This document shows, piece by piece, positions 8,896 through 19,748 of a stretch of DNA of 42,203 nt (positions are counted from its first letter, which is position 1; the number at the start of each line of letters is the position of its first letter). The notes beneath the pieces are model-generated. The model was not told where the DNA came from, did not search any database, and was given only the letters and a program-made list of their open reading frames with translations. The position numbers and the translations under genes are program-made. Source of the stretch: Clostridia bacterium (lineage in GTDB: Bacteria > Bacillota > Clostridia > UMGS1883 > UMGS1540); the NCBI GenBank assembly GCA_045533905.1, contig JAZSIR010000005.1:1-42203 (forward strand), read 5' to 3'.

Positions 8896-9903
8896 TTATA
8901 AATTCTTCTTGTTCGCCACAAAGCGCCAGCCATCTGCACACATTTCGTCAATACCATAACGTGCTTCCCAGCCGAGCTCTTCTTTTGCCTTTTTCGGATC
9001 AGCAAAGCATGCAGCAATGTCGCCGGGGCGGCGGGGAACGATTTTATAAGGAACAGGTCTGCCGCTGGCTTTTTCAAAAGCCTTTACAATCTGCAAAACG
9101 CTGTATCCGTTTCCGGTACCGAGGTTGTATGTAAAAACGCCGGTGTTGTTTTCTAATTTATTTACAGCACAAACATGGCCAAGGCTTAAATCTACAACGT
9201 GAATGTAGTCGCGCACGCCCGTACCGTCCACAGTCGGATAGTCATTCCCGAAAACATTGAGACACGGAAGTTCGCCGGCTGCCACCTTGGCGACGTAGGG
9301 GAGAAGATTGTTCGGAATGCCATTCGGGTCTTCGCCGATGATGCCGCTCTTGTTTGCACCAATAGGATTGAAATAGCGCAGGATGACAATGCCCCACTCT
9401 TTATCCGAAACATAAATATCACGCAAAATCTGTTCGATCATAAGCTTGGTTGTGCCGTACGGATTTGTAGTGTGAAGCGGGAAATCTTCACAAATCGGAA
9501 CGGTATGCGGATCGCCGTACACGGTGGCAGACGAGCTGAAAACGAGTTTTTTCACATTCTTTTCCGCCATAACTTCACAGAGAACAAGCGTGCTTACCAA
9601 ATTGTTATCATAATATTCCATGGGTTTTTCCACGGATTCGCCGACGGCCTTAAGACCTGCAAAATGAATAACACACTCAATATCATTTTCTTCGAAAATG
9701 CGAAGGACGGCCTCTTTGTCACGCAGGTCGGCCTCATAAAACGGGAAATCTTTCCCTGTGATTTTTTTGATATTGTCCAAAGCTTCAGGCTTTGAATTGG
9801 AAAAATTATCTACAATTACAATTTCCTTGCCAGCAGATAAAAGCTCTACTGCGGTGTGGCTACCTATGTATCCGGCACCACCGGTTACCAATATTTTTTT
9901 CAT
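8896..9903 (-). CDS. galE: UDP-glucose 4-epimerase
   Basis: TGGAGYIGSH, FSSSATVYG, YGTTK, LRYFNP, GTGVRDYIHV. Start likely ATG 9903 after GAGGTG. Confidence 0.96.
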   Translation of the reverse strand: MKKILVTGGAGYIGSHTAVELLSAGKEIVIVDNFSNSKPEALDNIKKITGKDFPFYEADLRDKEAVLRIFEENDIECVIHFAGLKAVGESVEKPMEYYDNNLVSTLVLCEVMAEKNVKKLVFSSSATVYGDPHTVPICEDFPLHTTNPYGTTKLMIEQILRDIYVSDKEWGIVILRYFNPIGANKSGIIGEDPNGIPNNLLPYVAKVAAGELPCLNVFGNDYPTVDGTGVRDYIHVVDLSLGHVCAVNKLENNTGVFTYNLGTGNGYSVLQIVKAFEKASGRPVPYKIVPRRPGDIAACFADPKKAKEELGWEARYGIDEMCADGWRFVANKKNL

Positions 9904-10004
9904 TTTATTCACCTCAATCTATAGTATACACAAAATTAAAAGAAAAGTAAAGAGATTTTGGGAATTTAATTTTCTTTATGCAAGTCTGCGCTTCCAAAAA
10001 ATGC

Positions 10005-10033
10005 TTTACTTTTCCCACAATATGTGGTATTAT
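10005..10033 (+). promoter_or_regulatory. Possible SigA promoter of dprA
   Basis: TTTACT, 17 bp spacer, TGGTATTAT; short palindrome CCACA-ATA-TGTGG in the spacer. Confidence 0.45.
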
Positions 10034-10050
10034 GAATAAAATGAGGTGAT

Positions 10051-11193
10051 GTGGTGAAAGAACTTACTTTTTTGCTTTGGTTACATATGAAAAGTGAGAT
10101 TACACCTGCAAAGGGAATAGAACTTCTCCGCACTTTCGGTTCAGCTGAAAATGTGTACCGCGCCGATAAAACTGCACTGCAAAGTAAAGGCATTACGAAT
10201 CCTGTTCTTTTGCGGGCGCTTGCGGATAAGAACCTCCGACGGGCTGACAAAGAGATGGTGGAAGCCACCCGTCTTGGGATTCGCATCATCGGATACAAGA
10301 TGCCGGAGTATCCGGAGATCTTATATGAAATTTCCGATCCGCCACTTGTTCTATATGTGCGCGGTGATGCCTCTGTATTACATCGGCGAAACGCGTTTTG
10401 CATTGTAGGCACAAGGCGAAGCACGGTGTACGGAATGAGTGCTTCTCTGGGCGTATCGGAGCAGCTGGCAAGATGTGGTATGGTGATAGTCAGCGGCGTT
10501 GCTATGGGGATTGATACAGCTGCACACCGCGGCGCTATCCGCGGCGGCGGAAAAACAATCGGTATTATGGGATGTGGACTGGATGTTGAATATCCGGCTG
10601 AAAACGGAGATGTGCGAAAAGCCATTACGGAAAATGGTGCACTGATCAGCGAGTTCCCTCTGGGCACACCGCCACTTCCGGGGAACTTCCCGGTCCGGAA
10701 CAGACTTCTCAGTGCCTTTTCGCTCGGCGTTGCCGTTATGGAAGCGGGCGAGAGAAGTGGTGCTTTAATTACGGCACGATATGCTGCAGAACAGGGCCGG
10801 GATGTTTTCGCATTGCCCGGAAATATTTCAAATCCTATGTCTGCGGGAACAAATGCATTGATTCAGGATGGCGCATCTCTTCTCACGGGAGCCGATGCTA
10901 TTTTGGCGGAGTATATTATGCGGTATCCCGAGTGTTTTTCGATGCAGGAAACAGAAAAAGAAGAAGAGAAAAAGCTGCCCATCCCGGAGGAGGCGAAAGC
11001 CGCTTTGGAGGTGCCCGGGATCACTACACACGAGCAGAAAGTGTATAAGGCACTTTCGAGAGAACCATTGCACGTCAATGATATTGCAAGGCTTACTGAA
11101 ATTCCTGTGGAAGAAGCACAAGCCATCATTACCATCCTGCAAATCAAAGGTAAAATCAAAGAACACCCCGGAAACAGATTTAGTAAGAATTGA
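10051..11193 (+). CDS. dprA: DNA-processing protein DprA (Smf)
   Basis: DPPLVLY, VGTR, SGVAMGIDTAAH, FPVRNR, SGALITA; C-terminal winged helix. Confidence 0.95.
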   Translation: MVKELTFLLWLHMKSEITPAKGIELLRTFGSAENVYRADKTALQSKGITNPVLLRALADKNLRRADKEMVEATRLGIRIIGYKMPEYPEILYEISDPPLVLYVRGDASVLHRRNAFCIVGTRRSTVYGMSASLGVSEQLARCGMVIVSGVAMGIDTAAHRGAIRGGGKTIGIMGCGLDVEYPAENGDVRKAITENGALISEFPLGTPPLPGNFPVRNRLLSAFSLGVAVMEAGERSGALITARYAAEQGRDVFALPGNISNPMSAGTNALIQDGASLLTGADAILAEYIMRYPECFSMQETEKEEEKKLPIPEEAKAALEVPGITTHEQKVYKALSREPLHVNDIARLTEIPVEEAQAIITILQIKGKIKEHPGNRFSKN

Positions 11194-11207
11194 CTTTCGG
11201 ATTTCCT

Positions 11208-11236
11208 TTGACATATCCGGAATTTTATGGTATACT
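11208..11236 (+). promoter_or_regulatory. SigA promoter of the yybS-gdpP-rplI-dnaB operon
   Basis: TTGACA, 17 bp spacer, TGGTATACT. Confidence 0.75.
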
Positions 11237-11265
11237 GTATTGAATCACATAAAAAGGACTTTACA

Positions 11266-12174
11266 ATGAAGAAAACAATCGGTGCTATTTTAATATTTTT
11301 CTCCCTTTTGATTCTGGCGACTCTTCTTTCCGTTGTCGAGGGGATGCTGGTGTTATCCGTGTTTATCAGTGCAGTATTGATTGCTGCTTTTACCGGAAAA
11401 AGCGGCCCGGCTTTTGCGGTTTGGAGCTTTCCGATCGTCTTTTTGACAGGGCATCTGATCAGCGGAGAGGGACTGGCTGCTTTTTTGTGTGCGCAAGCCA
11501 TCTGTGCATGGATACAGGGCATATTCATTTTTAAAAAAGGCACTTTTTCAGGAATGTTGATTTGCACAACTGCAGCAGAAGCTGCAACCTTGGCGGTGTT
11601 TACACGCTTACTTTGTGACAGCCTTTCAAAGGAGCCGGCAGACCTTTTATTTGGTGACAGCCTAAAAGCATTTTCTGAGGCAGCACCTTTATCCGGTCAG
11701 ATGGATGCAGAAATGCTTTCTGTCCTGCAAAACGCCGTGCATATGGTAGGGGAGATGCTGCAAAGCATGCTGCCGTTCTTTTATCTTGTCACTTCGCTTA
11801 TCTTCGTTTACATAGTGTTCGCTTCTGCACGTTTTGTTCTCGAAAGGCAAAAATGCAAAATCGAGAACATGCCAAAATTTTGTGAGTTCTGGCTTCCGCG
11901 CAGTATCAGCAATATCTTCCTGGTTTTGTTTGTAATCTCTATGTTCATAAATGCCCCCATTTTAATGAATGTGGTATCCTTTATGTTTTTCATCCATGTG
12001 ATTTGCGGGGTTTCCACTGTTGATTATTTTCTGAAAATGCGCGGTTTAGCGACCGCTGCCCGCGTACTTCTGCTTGTGGTAATTTTAACTATCTCCACAG
12101 CGATTGGAGGACTCGGTACGTCTATTTTATGCTGCATCGGTATGAATGACTGGGCGCGTCGCGCCGGAAAGTAG
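11266..12174 (+). CDS. DUF2232 / YybS-family membrane protein
   Basis: Highly hydrophobic, conserved position upstream of gdpP-rplI; ATG 11266 after AAGGA. Confidence 0.75.
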   Translation: MKKTIGAILIFFSLLILATLLSVVEGMLVLSVFISAVLIAAFTGKSGPAFAVWSFPIVFLTGHLISGEGLAAFLCAQAICAWIQGIFIFKKGTFSGMLICTTAAEAATLAVFTRLLCDSLSKEPADLLFGDSLKAFSEAAPLSGQMDAEMLSVLQNAVHMVGEMLQSMLPFFYLVTSLIFVYIVFASARFVLERQKCKIENMPKFCEFWLPRSISNIFLVLFVISMFINAPILMNVVSFMFFIHVICGVSTVDYFLKMRGLATAARVLLLVVILTISTAIGGLGTSILCCIGMNDWARRAGK

Positions 12175-12180
12175 GGAAAA

Positions 12181-14157
12181 ATGAAAAGAAAGGATACATT
12201 GCCACGCTTTTATAACGGCGATATATACTCAAAAATTATAATTTTCATTTGCATCATTTTTGCTCTCTTTATGCGCTATTTTGTTTTTGCAGCCTTTATG
12301 GCAGCAGCTTTTCTGTGTTCCTTTTTCTTTAGCGAATTCACATATCGTTTGGGCGTTCGGAAAATGCGCACATATCTGGAGCAGGCGTCTCTTCGCGTAG
12401 GTGCATCCGAATCTATGCCGGGTTTTCCGTTCCCGGCTGTTTCCATTACAGAAAAAGGGAAGATCACCTGGTATAACAGCGCGATGGACAAGATGATGGA
12501 TGGAGAGCTTCTTTTTCAGAAGGACATTCGTGACTATGTACCGACGTTTGATGTTTCTGCTATGAATGAAGCCGGGCTTTATCCTGTATATTCCGCAGAA
12601 ATCCAGGGCGAATTTTACCATGTACATGCACATAAAACGCCGCCGCAGGAAGATGGCAGTGAACTTATCCTTATCTATTTTCTGAATTGCACTGCGTTTG
12701 AAAAGCTGAATCGGGCATACAAATCTAACCGGTTTGTTGCGATGATGATTGCTTTTGATAATTTTGAAGAAGTTATCAACGGAATGGGGGATGAAGCAAG
12801 AAATATCCTGCAAACTTCCGTTGACAGAAGTCTTTCTGCAATGGCCTCGGAAGTAGGCGGGATCTTCAGAAAAACAGAAAGAGACCGCTACTTTGTCGTT
12901 TTAAGTGCAGGCGGCTTGCAAACACTTATACAGAAAAAGTTCCCGATATTAGACACTGTTCGGGAAATACAGTGCGGAAATACAATCGCCCCGACACTCA
13001 GCATCGGCATAGGGTTTGAGGGGGACACCTTTTTAGAAAATGACGCATATGCCAGAGCGGCACTCGATATGGCACTTGGGCGCGGTGGCGATCAGGTTGT
13101 TGTTAAAAACGGCGATACGCTTGAATACTTTGGTGGCAAAACACGAGAAGTGGAAAAGAGAACCAAGGTTAAAGCACGCGTTGTTGCAAATGCGCTGCGC
13201 GAGCTTATCTTGCAGAGCGATTCCGTGGTGATTCTGGGGCATAAAAATGCAGATATTGACTGTGTGGGTGCCGCAATGGGTGTTGTTTCTATTGCAAGAC
13301 ACCTGGGGAAAAAGGCATATATTCTCAAACAGGAATTCGACGATACTGCCACTTCTGTCTTAAAAACAGCGATTGAAGAACCTCTCTATAAAGATGTGTT
13401 TATCAATCGTGCGACAGCAGGCGAAATTATCGGAGAAAGAACGCTTATTATTGTGGTAGATACACATTCGCTCTCCTATGCAGATGCGCCGGAACTGATT
13501 GAAAATGCAAAACAGGTGGTACTCATTGACCATCACAGACGAAGCAGTAATTTCATCCAGAATTATGTGTTATCGTATCTGGAACCGTATGCTTCTTCTA
13601 CATGCGAAATGGTTACAGAGATGCTTCCGTATCTTACAGAGAAAAACATTCTTATGCGCCTTGAAGCAGAAGCTTTATATGCAGGTATTTACCTTGATAC
13701 AAAATCCTTTATGTTCAAAACAGGCGTTCGTACGCTAGAGGCGGCTGCTTATCTGCGCCGTGCCGGCATTGATCCGATTGCCGTAAAGCAGTTTTTCAAG
13801 AGTAATCTCGAAACCTTTACCGCAAAAGCCTCTTTGATTCAGGCGGCAAAAGTAGTAAATGAGCATATTGCTATTTCTCTTACGGAAGAGATCCGCACAC
13901 CTTCTGTAGTTGCACAGGCAGCGGATGAACTTTTGGATATAGCCGCAATCGACACTTCCTTCGTAATTGCCAGAAGTGAGCGTGGATGCATTGTGAGTGG
14001 CCGTTCAACAGGAGATATTAACGTACAGGTTATACTGGAGAAGCTTGGTGGCGGTGGCCATTTTGCGGTGGCCGGTGCACAGATTGAGGGCGCCGATCCG
14101 TATGCAGTGGAAGAACAACTGCTTGCAGTAATAGAAGCATATCTGGAAGACGAATAG
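12181..14157 (+). CDS. gdpP: Cyclic-di-AMP phosphodiesterase GdpP (TM-PAS-degenerate GGDEF-DHH/DHHA1)
   Basis: ALGRGGDQVV, GHKNADID, DHHRR, GGGGH; located next to rplI. Confidence 0.92.
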   Translation: MKRKDTLPRFYNGDIYSKIIIFICIIFALFMRYFVFAAFMAAAFLCSFFFSEFTYRLGVRKMRTYLEQASLRVGASESMPGFPFPAVSITEKGKITWYNSAMDKMMDGELLFQKDIRDYVPTFDVSAMNEAGLYPVYSAEIQGEFYHVHAHKTPPQEDGSELILIYFLNCTAFEKLNRAYKSNRFVAMMIAFDNFEEVINGMGDEARNILQTSVDRSLSAMASEVGGIFRKTERDRYFVVLSAGGLQTLIQKKFPILDTVREIQCGNTIAPTLSIGIGFEGDTFLENDAYARAALDMALGRGGDQVVVKNGDTLEYFGGKTREVEKRTKVKARVVANALRELILQSDSVVILGHKNADIDCVGAAMGVVSIARHLGKKAYILKQEFDDTATSVLKTAIEEPLYKDVFINRATAGEIIGERTLIIVVDTHSLSYADAPELIENAKQVVLIDHHRRSSNFIQNYVLSYLEPYASSTCEMVTEMLPYLTEKNILMRLEAEALYAGIYLDTKSFMFKTGVRTLEAAAYLRRAGIDPIAVKQFFKSNLETFTAKASLIQAAKVVNEHIAISLTEEIRTPSVVAQAADELLDIAAIDTSFVIARSERGCIVSGRSTGDINVQVILEKLGGGGHFAVAGAQIEGADPYAVEEQLLAVIEAYLEDE

Positions 14158-14172
14158 AGAGGAGAGAGGACC

Positions 14173-14616
14173 ATGAAGGTTATTTTACTCAGTGATGTAA
14201 AAGGCAAAGGGAAAAAAGGTCAAATGATAGAGGTCAGCGACGGGTACGCCCGTAACTTCCTTTTACCGCGAAATCTGGCACAAGAAGCCACAAAAGCGGC
14301 TATGAACGATTTTGCCGGCAAGGCAGACGCCGCAAAATTCCACAAAGAGCAGGAAATTGCTGCTGCCAAGGAAACTGCCGCAACCCTTGAAGGAAAAACG
14401 GTTGTGATGCATGCAAAAGCGGGCGAAAACGGCAAGCTTTTCGGATCCATAACCGGGCAGGCTGTTGCAGAAGCTATCAAAATGCAGCTTCATGTTGTTG
14501 TAGACAAAAGGAAAGTCAATGTCGGAGACGGCATAAAGAATATTGGGACAACAGACGTTGAAATCAAAGTGTATCCTGAAATCAGCGCAAAAATTCATGT
14601 GCGTGTAGAAGAATAG
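14173..14616 (+). CDS. rplI: 50S ribosomal protein L9
   Basis: [26 protein letters not shown]. Confidence 0.98.
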   Translation: MKVILLSDVKGKGKKGQMIEVSDGYARNFLLPRNLAQEATKAAMNDFAGKADAAKFHKEQEIAAAKETAATLEGKTVVMHAKAGENGKLFGSITGQAVAEAIKMQLHVVVDKRKVNVGDGIKNIGTTDVEIKVYPEISAKIHVRVEE

Positions 14617-14620
14617 AGAG

Positions 14621-15952
14621 GTGAGTCCTGTGGACGAACAACTGGGCAGAAATATTCCATACAGTTTAGAGGCAGAGCAGGCTGTTTTGGGTTGTATGAT
14701 TAAAAACAGCGCCGCGCTCTCGCGTGTAATAGAGCTTCAGCTGCATACAGATGATTTCTATTTTGAACAGCACAAAGTAATCTTTGATGCTGTAAGTCAT
14801 CTGTTCCTTGAAAATGTGCCGCTGGATTTAATTGTGCTGTCCGGTGAACTTAAAGACAAGTTGGAAACTGTCGGCGGGATATCGTATCTTGCGACAATAG
14901 TAGACAGTGTCGATACCACCGAAAACGTAAAGTACTATCTGGATATCATTAAGGAAAAAGCGCTCCTCAGACGTCTGATTGGCGCGGCAAATGACATCGC
15001 CGATATGTGCTATACCGCAGACGATGATGTTTCTAAAATTCTGGACAGCGCCGAACAGAAGATTTTTAACATTCTGCAAGGCCGTGATCTCAAGGGCTTT
15101 TACCACATCCGTGACGTTATGCCGGATGTTATTAAAAATATTGAGAGCATCCGTGCAAGCGGCGGAAAAATGGGTGGTATGCCTACCGGTTTTAAGCAAC
15201 TGGATGCTATTACATCCGGGCTGCAGAAAACGGACCTTATTATTCTCGCAGCACGCCCCGGTATAGGTAAAAGTAGTTTTGCACTCAATATTGCAGGCCA
15301 TGTAGCAAAGGCTACAAAGGAACCTGTGGCAATTTTTACACTCGAAATGTCCAAGGAACAGCTTGCAAACCGTCTTTTATGGAGCGACGCTAAAATTGAA
15401 GGCGAGAAATTCAGAACCGGTAATATTTCCGGCGAGGATATGAAAAAAATTGCACATGCACTTGGCAATCTTGTTAAAGCGCCGATTTATATTGACGACA
15501 CACCCAACATTCCTGTTTCGGAAATGCGTGCAAAATGCCGCCGCTTAAAACTCGAAAAGGGTCTTGGCATGGTCGTGATTGACTACCTGCAGCTTATGCA
15601 GGGTGGAAAAAGAGCAGAAAGCCGCCAGCAGGAAGTTTCGGAGATTTCCCGTGCGCTTAAAATTATGGCAAAAGAACTCGAAGTGCCTGTTCTTACGCTT
15701 TCACAGCTCTCCCGTGCTTCCGTCACGAGAGACACCCCCATTCTCAGTGACCTTCGTGAATCCGGTGCTATTGAGCAGGACGCGGACATTGTTATGTTCC
15801 TAAGCCGCAAAACCGGGGATGAGGTTTCGCCTGAGGAAGCAAATCTTGCACAATGTATTATTGCAAAGCACAGAAACGGTTCTACGGGCACCTTGGACCT
15901 TGTGTGGCGTGGCGAATATACGACATTTATGGAAGCCGATACGGTACATTAA
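14621..15952 (+). CDS. dnaB: Replicative DNA helicase
   Basis: EAEQAVLG, AARPGIGKS, IDYLQLM, SQLSR, DLRESGAIEQDAD; no intein. Confidence 0.97.
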   Translation: MSPVDEQLGRNIPYSLEAEQAVLGCMIKNSAALSRVIELQLHTDDFYFEQHKVIFDAVSHLFLENVPLDLIVLSGELKDKLETVGGISYLATIVDSVDTTENVKYYLDIIKEKALLRRLIGAANDIADMCYTADDDVSKILDSAEQKIFNILQGRDLKGFYHIRDVMPDVIKNIESIRASGGKMGGMPTGFKQLDAITSGLQKTDLIILAARPGIGKSSFALNIAGHVAKATKEPVAIFTLEMSKEQLANRLLWSDAKIEGEKFRTGNISGEDMKKIAHALGNLVKAPIYIDDTPNIPVSEMRAKCRRLKLEKGLGMVVIDYLQLMQGGKRAESRQQEVSEISRALKIMAKELEVPVLTLSQLSRASVTRDTPILSDLRESGAIEQDADIVMFLSRKTGDEVSPEEANLAQCIIAKHRNGSTGTLDLVWRGEYTTFMEADTVH

Positions 15953-15963
15953 CGGAGAAGAAT

Positions 15964-17241
15964 ATGCTGTTTTCCCGATTTGTTGCAGAAATTGAAAAGA
16001 ATGTCCTTTTGAAAAAAGGCGATACGGTTGTGGCCGCAGTTTCTGGCGGTGCGGATTCCGTGTGCCTTTTGCACCTTCTGCACAGGCTAAGCTCTTTATG
16101 GGATTTAAAATTATTTTGTGCACACGTAAACCATATGCTTCGTCTGGAAGCGGGAGAGGAAGCAGCGTTTGTGGCGTCCCTTTGCAAAGAATGGGACATT
16201 CCATTCCTTTTGCACGAAGTGGATATTGCAAAAATAGCAAAAGAAGAGAAGATTTCAACGGAGCTTGCCGGCAGAAATGCGCGGTATGCATTTTTGGCGA
16301 GTATTCCAGCCGACGTCAGAATGACGGCGCATCACAAAAATGATTCCGTTGAAAGTGTTCTTCTGCATTTGGTGCGCGGGGTAGGTCTCGATGGACTATG
16401 CGGCATTTCTCCCAAAAGAGAAGATGGAATCTGCCGTCCGCTTCTTCCGTTTACCAAACCCGAGATAGAAGCATATCTAAAGGAAAATGGCTGTACCTGG
16501 TGCGAAGATGCCAGTAATTTTTCATCTGTTTATACACGCAATAAAATCCGGAATGAAATACTGCCTTTGCTGGAAGAAATCAACCCTTCCTTTACCGAAG
16601 CGGTTTTCAGGATGACAGAAATACTCAAAGGAGAAAGGGAGTATCTTGAAACCGAAACAGCACGCTATCCCGTAACACGTATGGATGGTGAAACGGTGCT
16701 TTTTTCCATAGATATACTCTCTTCTATGCCACTGGCACTGCGAAGGCGCGCCGTGAGAAAAACGGTGGAGAGTTTTGAAGAAGTAGAAAAAGTGCTGGCA
16801 CTTCTTTCGGCTAAAAATGGCGTTTCGGTTTCTCTTTCCGGCGGAAAAACCGCAGAAAGGGAAGAGGAAAACATTGCCATATATACACCAAAAAGAGAAA
16901 AAATTGAACCAGTAGAACTTCCTATGGAAGGAACACTGCATTTTGGCTTATATACAATAACGGTTGGTGACGGCGGGATGAAGCTTCCCCGAAAGAGGTA
17001 TACCGTCCGCACCCGAAAGAATGGGGACTCCTTTGTGCCGGAAGGGATGAAGGGTCATAAAAAAATCAAAGACTTTTTAATTGATAAAAAAATTCCGCGC
17101 AGACTTCGTGACGAACTTCCGATCATTATATGTGAAGATCAAATTGCAGCAGTTGCAAACGTAAGGCGTAGTCAGGCGTTTCGTCCGAATACTGAAGAAG
17201 AAACTATTTCACTGAAAATAGAACGAACACCGAATGTGTAA
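15964..17241 (+). CDS. tilS: tRNA(Ile)-lysidine synthetase
   Basis: SGGADS PP-loop, TAHH, RPLL, RNKIR; start ATG 15964 after GGAG. Confidence 0.95.
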   Translation: MLFSRFVAEIEKNVLLKKGDTVVAAVSGGADSVCLLHLLHRLSSLWDLKLFCAHVNHMLRLEAGEEAAFVASLCKEWDIPFLLHEVDIAKIAKEEKISTELAGRNARYAFLASIPADVRMTAHHKNDSVESVLLHLVRGVGLDGLCGISPKREDGICRPLLPFTKPEIEAYLKENGCTWCEDASNFSSVYTRNKIRNEILPLLEEINPSFTEAVFRMTEILKGEREYLETETARYPVTRMDGETVLFSIDILSSMPLALRRRAVRKTVESFEEVEKVLALLSAKNGVSVSLSGGKTAEREEENIAIYTPKREKIEPVELPMEGTLHFGLYTITVGDGGMKLPRKRYTVRTRKNGDSFVPEGMKGHKKIKDFLIDKKIPRRLRDELPIIICEDQIAAVANVRRSQAFRPNTEEETISLKIERTPNV

Positions 17242-17265
17242 GAAAAGAGAAAGAGGGACATACTT

Positions 17266-17808
17266 ATGATGCAGGCAATTGAAAAAGTACTTATTACCGA
17301 GGAAGAACTCCACGATAAGGTTCGCGAACTTGCGGCACAGATTTCGGCCGATTATGAAGGGAAAGACTTAGTTCTGATCTCCATCTTAAAAGGCGGTTTT
17401 GTGTTTGCTGCGGATTTATGCCGTTCAATTACCATTCCGGCTGCAATCGACTTTATGGCAGTATCCAGTTATGGCAATTCCAGCAAAACAAGCGGTGCAG
17501 TTAAAATTATAAAGGATCTGGATAAATCCGTGGAGGGCAAGGACATACTGATTGTGGAAGACATCCTCGACAGTGGCGTAACATTAAGTCATTTGAAGGA
17601 ACTCCTGGAACAACGCGGGGCAAAGAGTCTTAAAATTTGCACGATTTTGAATAAGCCCAGCCGCAGAATTGCAGATATCTCTGCGGATTACAACGGTTTT
17701 GATATCCCGGATGAATTTGTAGTAGGATACGGGCTTGACTATGCCGAAAAATACCGGAACTTGCCATTTGTAGGAATATTAAAAAGAGAAATCTATGAGA
17801 ATGTGTAA
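17266..17808 (+). CDS. hpt: Hypoxanthine phosphoribosyltransferase
   Basis: VEDILDSGVTL PRPP motif, FVVGYGLDY. Confidence 0.97.
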   Translation: MMQAIEKVLITEEELHDKVRELAAQISADYEGKDLVLISILKGGFVFAADLCRSITIPAAIDFMAVSSYGNSSKTSGAVKIIKDLDKSVEGKDILIVEDILDSGVTLSHLKELLEQRGAKSLKICTILNKPSRRIADISADYNGFDIPDEFVVGYGLDYAEKYRNLPFVGILKREIYENV

Positions 17809-17831
17809 TTGTTAACTTTCTTTGAACACGC

Positions 17832-17860
17832 TTGCTTTCCGCAAAAAAGCGTGGTAGAAT
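17832..17860 (+). promoter_or_regulatory. Possible SigA promoter of ftsH
   Basis: TTGCTT, 17 bp spacer, TGGTAGAAT. Confidence 0.55.
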
Positions 17861-17893
17861 GAATTGATTTTGGAAGTAGGAGATGACAAAGGT

Positions 17894-19732
17894 ATGCCCA
17901 AAGCGCTAAAAAGCATAAGCTTTTACATTGTATTGACTGTAGCCGTGCTGCTCCTTTGGAACTTTTTAGGTGCAGATATAACGGAAAATCATAGTTTTTC
18001 CGAGCTTGTAAATTGGTTAAATCAAGAAAAAATAGAAAAACTGGTCATCGAAGAGCAGCAGGTAATCGCCACACTACGTGAAGACAAGCGGGATGTAATT
18101 ATACCGGTTGTTTCGCCGAGCGACCTTACTTTATATGCCGGCGATGTGATAAGTGAACAAATCAAAGGCCAGAAACTGGAAGTTGTCTATGCACCGCCGG
18201 AGCCCATGCCGTTCTGGCTGTCCATTCTGCCAACGCTTCTTATTGTAGTAGTGGTAGGCGTATTCTGGTTCATTATGATGCAGCAGTCACAGGGCGGCGG
18301 TGGCGGACGTATGTCCTCCTTCGGAAAAAGCCGTGCGCGCAAAATGTCCGATTCTGCAACGAAAAAGACGTTTGCGGATGTAGCCGGCGCAGAGGAAGAA
18401 AAGCATGAACTCAAAGAAATTGTAGACTTTTTGAAGGCGCCCAAGCGCTTCTTGGAGCTTGGCGCACGTATTCCGAAAGGTGTCCTTTTGGTAGGCCCTC
18501 CGGGAACCGGTAAAACTCTCCTTGCAAAAGCAGTTGCAGGGGAGGCGGGCGTTGCCTTTTTCAGCATCAGTGGCAGTGATTTTGTTGAGATGTTTGTCGG
18601 CGTGGGCGCCTCTCGCGTGCGCGACCTTTTTGCAGAGGCAAAAAAGAATTTGCCGTGTATTATTTTCATTGATGAGATCGACGCTGTAGGTCGCCACAGA
18701 GGCGCAGGTCTCGGCGGTGGGCACGACGAAAGAGAACAGACGCTGAATCAGCTTCTTGTAGAAATGGACGGCTTTGGCGCCAATGAAGGGATTATTATCA
18801 TTGCCGCAACAAACCGCCCGGATATATTAGATCCCGCGCTCCTTCGTCCCGGCCGTTTTGACAGGCAGGTGGTTGTGGATATTCCGGATGCCGGCGAACG
18901 TGAAGCTATCTTAAAGGTGCACGCCAAGGGCAAGCCGTTTGCTGAAGACGTAAATCTTAAAGATGTAGCAAAGGGCACCACTGGCTTTACAGGGGCAGAC
19001 CTTGAAAATCTTTTGAATGAAAGCGCTATTTTAGCCGCCAGAAATGCACAGACAAACATCACAAAGGCCAATATGGACGAAGCCCTTATCAAGGTCATCG
19101 CAGGCCCTGAAAAAGCAAATCGCATTCGCAATGAAAAAGCAAAACGCCTTACTGCATTCCACGAAGCGGGGCATGCGCTGATTGCGAAGCTTCTTCCTTC
19201 GCAGGATCCTGTGCACCAGATTTCCATTATTCCGCGCGGAAGAGCCGGCGGATATACGATGTCTATCCCGAAAGAAGATAAATTCTTTGAATCCCGGCAG
19301 GATATGATTGATGATATCATCTCGCTCCTTGGCGGGCGTGTAGCTGAAAAGCTGGAGCTGGACGATATCAGCACCGGTGCTTCCAATGATATGCAGCGCG
19401 CTACAGCTATTGCACGCGATATGGTTACTAAGTATGGTATGAGCGAAAAGCTTGGCCCGATGACTTTTGGCTCGCCGCATGATGAAGTGTTTGTCGGCCG
19501 CGACTATGCACAGCAGGCGAAAAACTATTCCGAAAAAACAGCTGCTGACATCGATGCTGAAATCACAGACATTATCCACACCTGCTACAAACGCTGTGAG
19601 CAGCTTCTAATTGAGAACCGCGACAAGCTGCGTCTTATCGCAAATACACTTTTAGAAAAAGAAAAGATCGACGGAGAAGAGTTCGAAAAACTCTTTGTCG
19701 ACGTAGAAGAGATTCAGGAAGAACAGGAATAA
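17894..19732 (+). CDS. ftsH: ATP-dependent zinc metalloprotease FtsH
   Basis: 2 TM segments, [11 protein letters not shown] pore loop, RPGRFDR, HEAGH; start likely ATG 17894. Confidence 0.97.
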   Translation: MPKALKSISFYIVLTVAVLLLWNFLGADITENHSFSELVNWLNQEKIEKLVIEEQQVIATLREDKRDVIIPVVSPSDLTLYAGDVISEQIKGQKLEVVYAPPEPMPFWLSILPTLLIVVVVGVFWFIMMQQSQGGGGGRMSSFGKSRARKMSDSATKKTFADVAGAEEEKHELKEIVDFLKAPKRFLELGARIPKGVLLVGPPGTGKTLLAKAVAGEAGVAFFSISGSDFVEMFVGVGASRVRDLFAEAKKNLPCIIFIDEIDAVGRHRGAGLGGGHDEREQTLNQLLVEMDGFGANEGIIIIAATNRPDILDPALLRPGRFDRQVVVDIPDAGEREAILKVHAKGKPFAEDVNLKDVAKGTTGFTGADLENLLNESAILAARNAQTNITKANMDEALIKVIAGPEKANRIRNEKAKRLTAFHEAGHALIAKLLPSQDPVHQISIIPRGRAGGYTMSIPKEDKFFESRQDMIDDIISLLGGRVAEKLELDDISTGASNDMQRATAIARDMVTKYGMSEKLGPMTFGSPHDEVFVGRDYAQQAKNYSEKTAADIDAEITDIIHTCYKRCEQLLIENRDKLRLIANTLLEKEKIDGEEFEKLFVDVEEIQEEQE

Positions 19733-19748
19733 GAAGGAGGCTCCTACT

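Noticed and set aside
11190-11213. Two TTGAC copies as a CtsR box upstream of yybS
   Set aside because: The spacing is far from the 3-nt heptad spacing, and the second copy is the -35 element.
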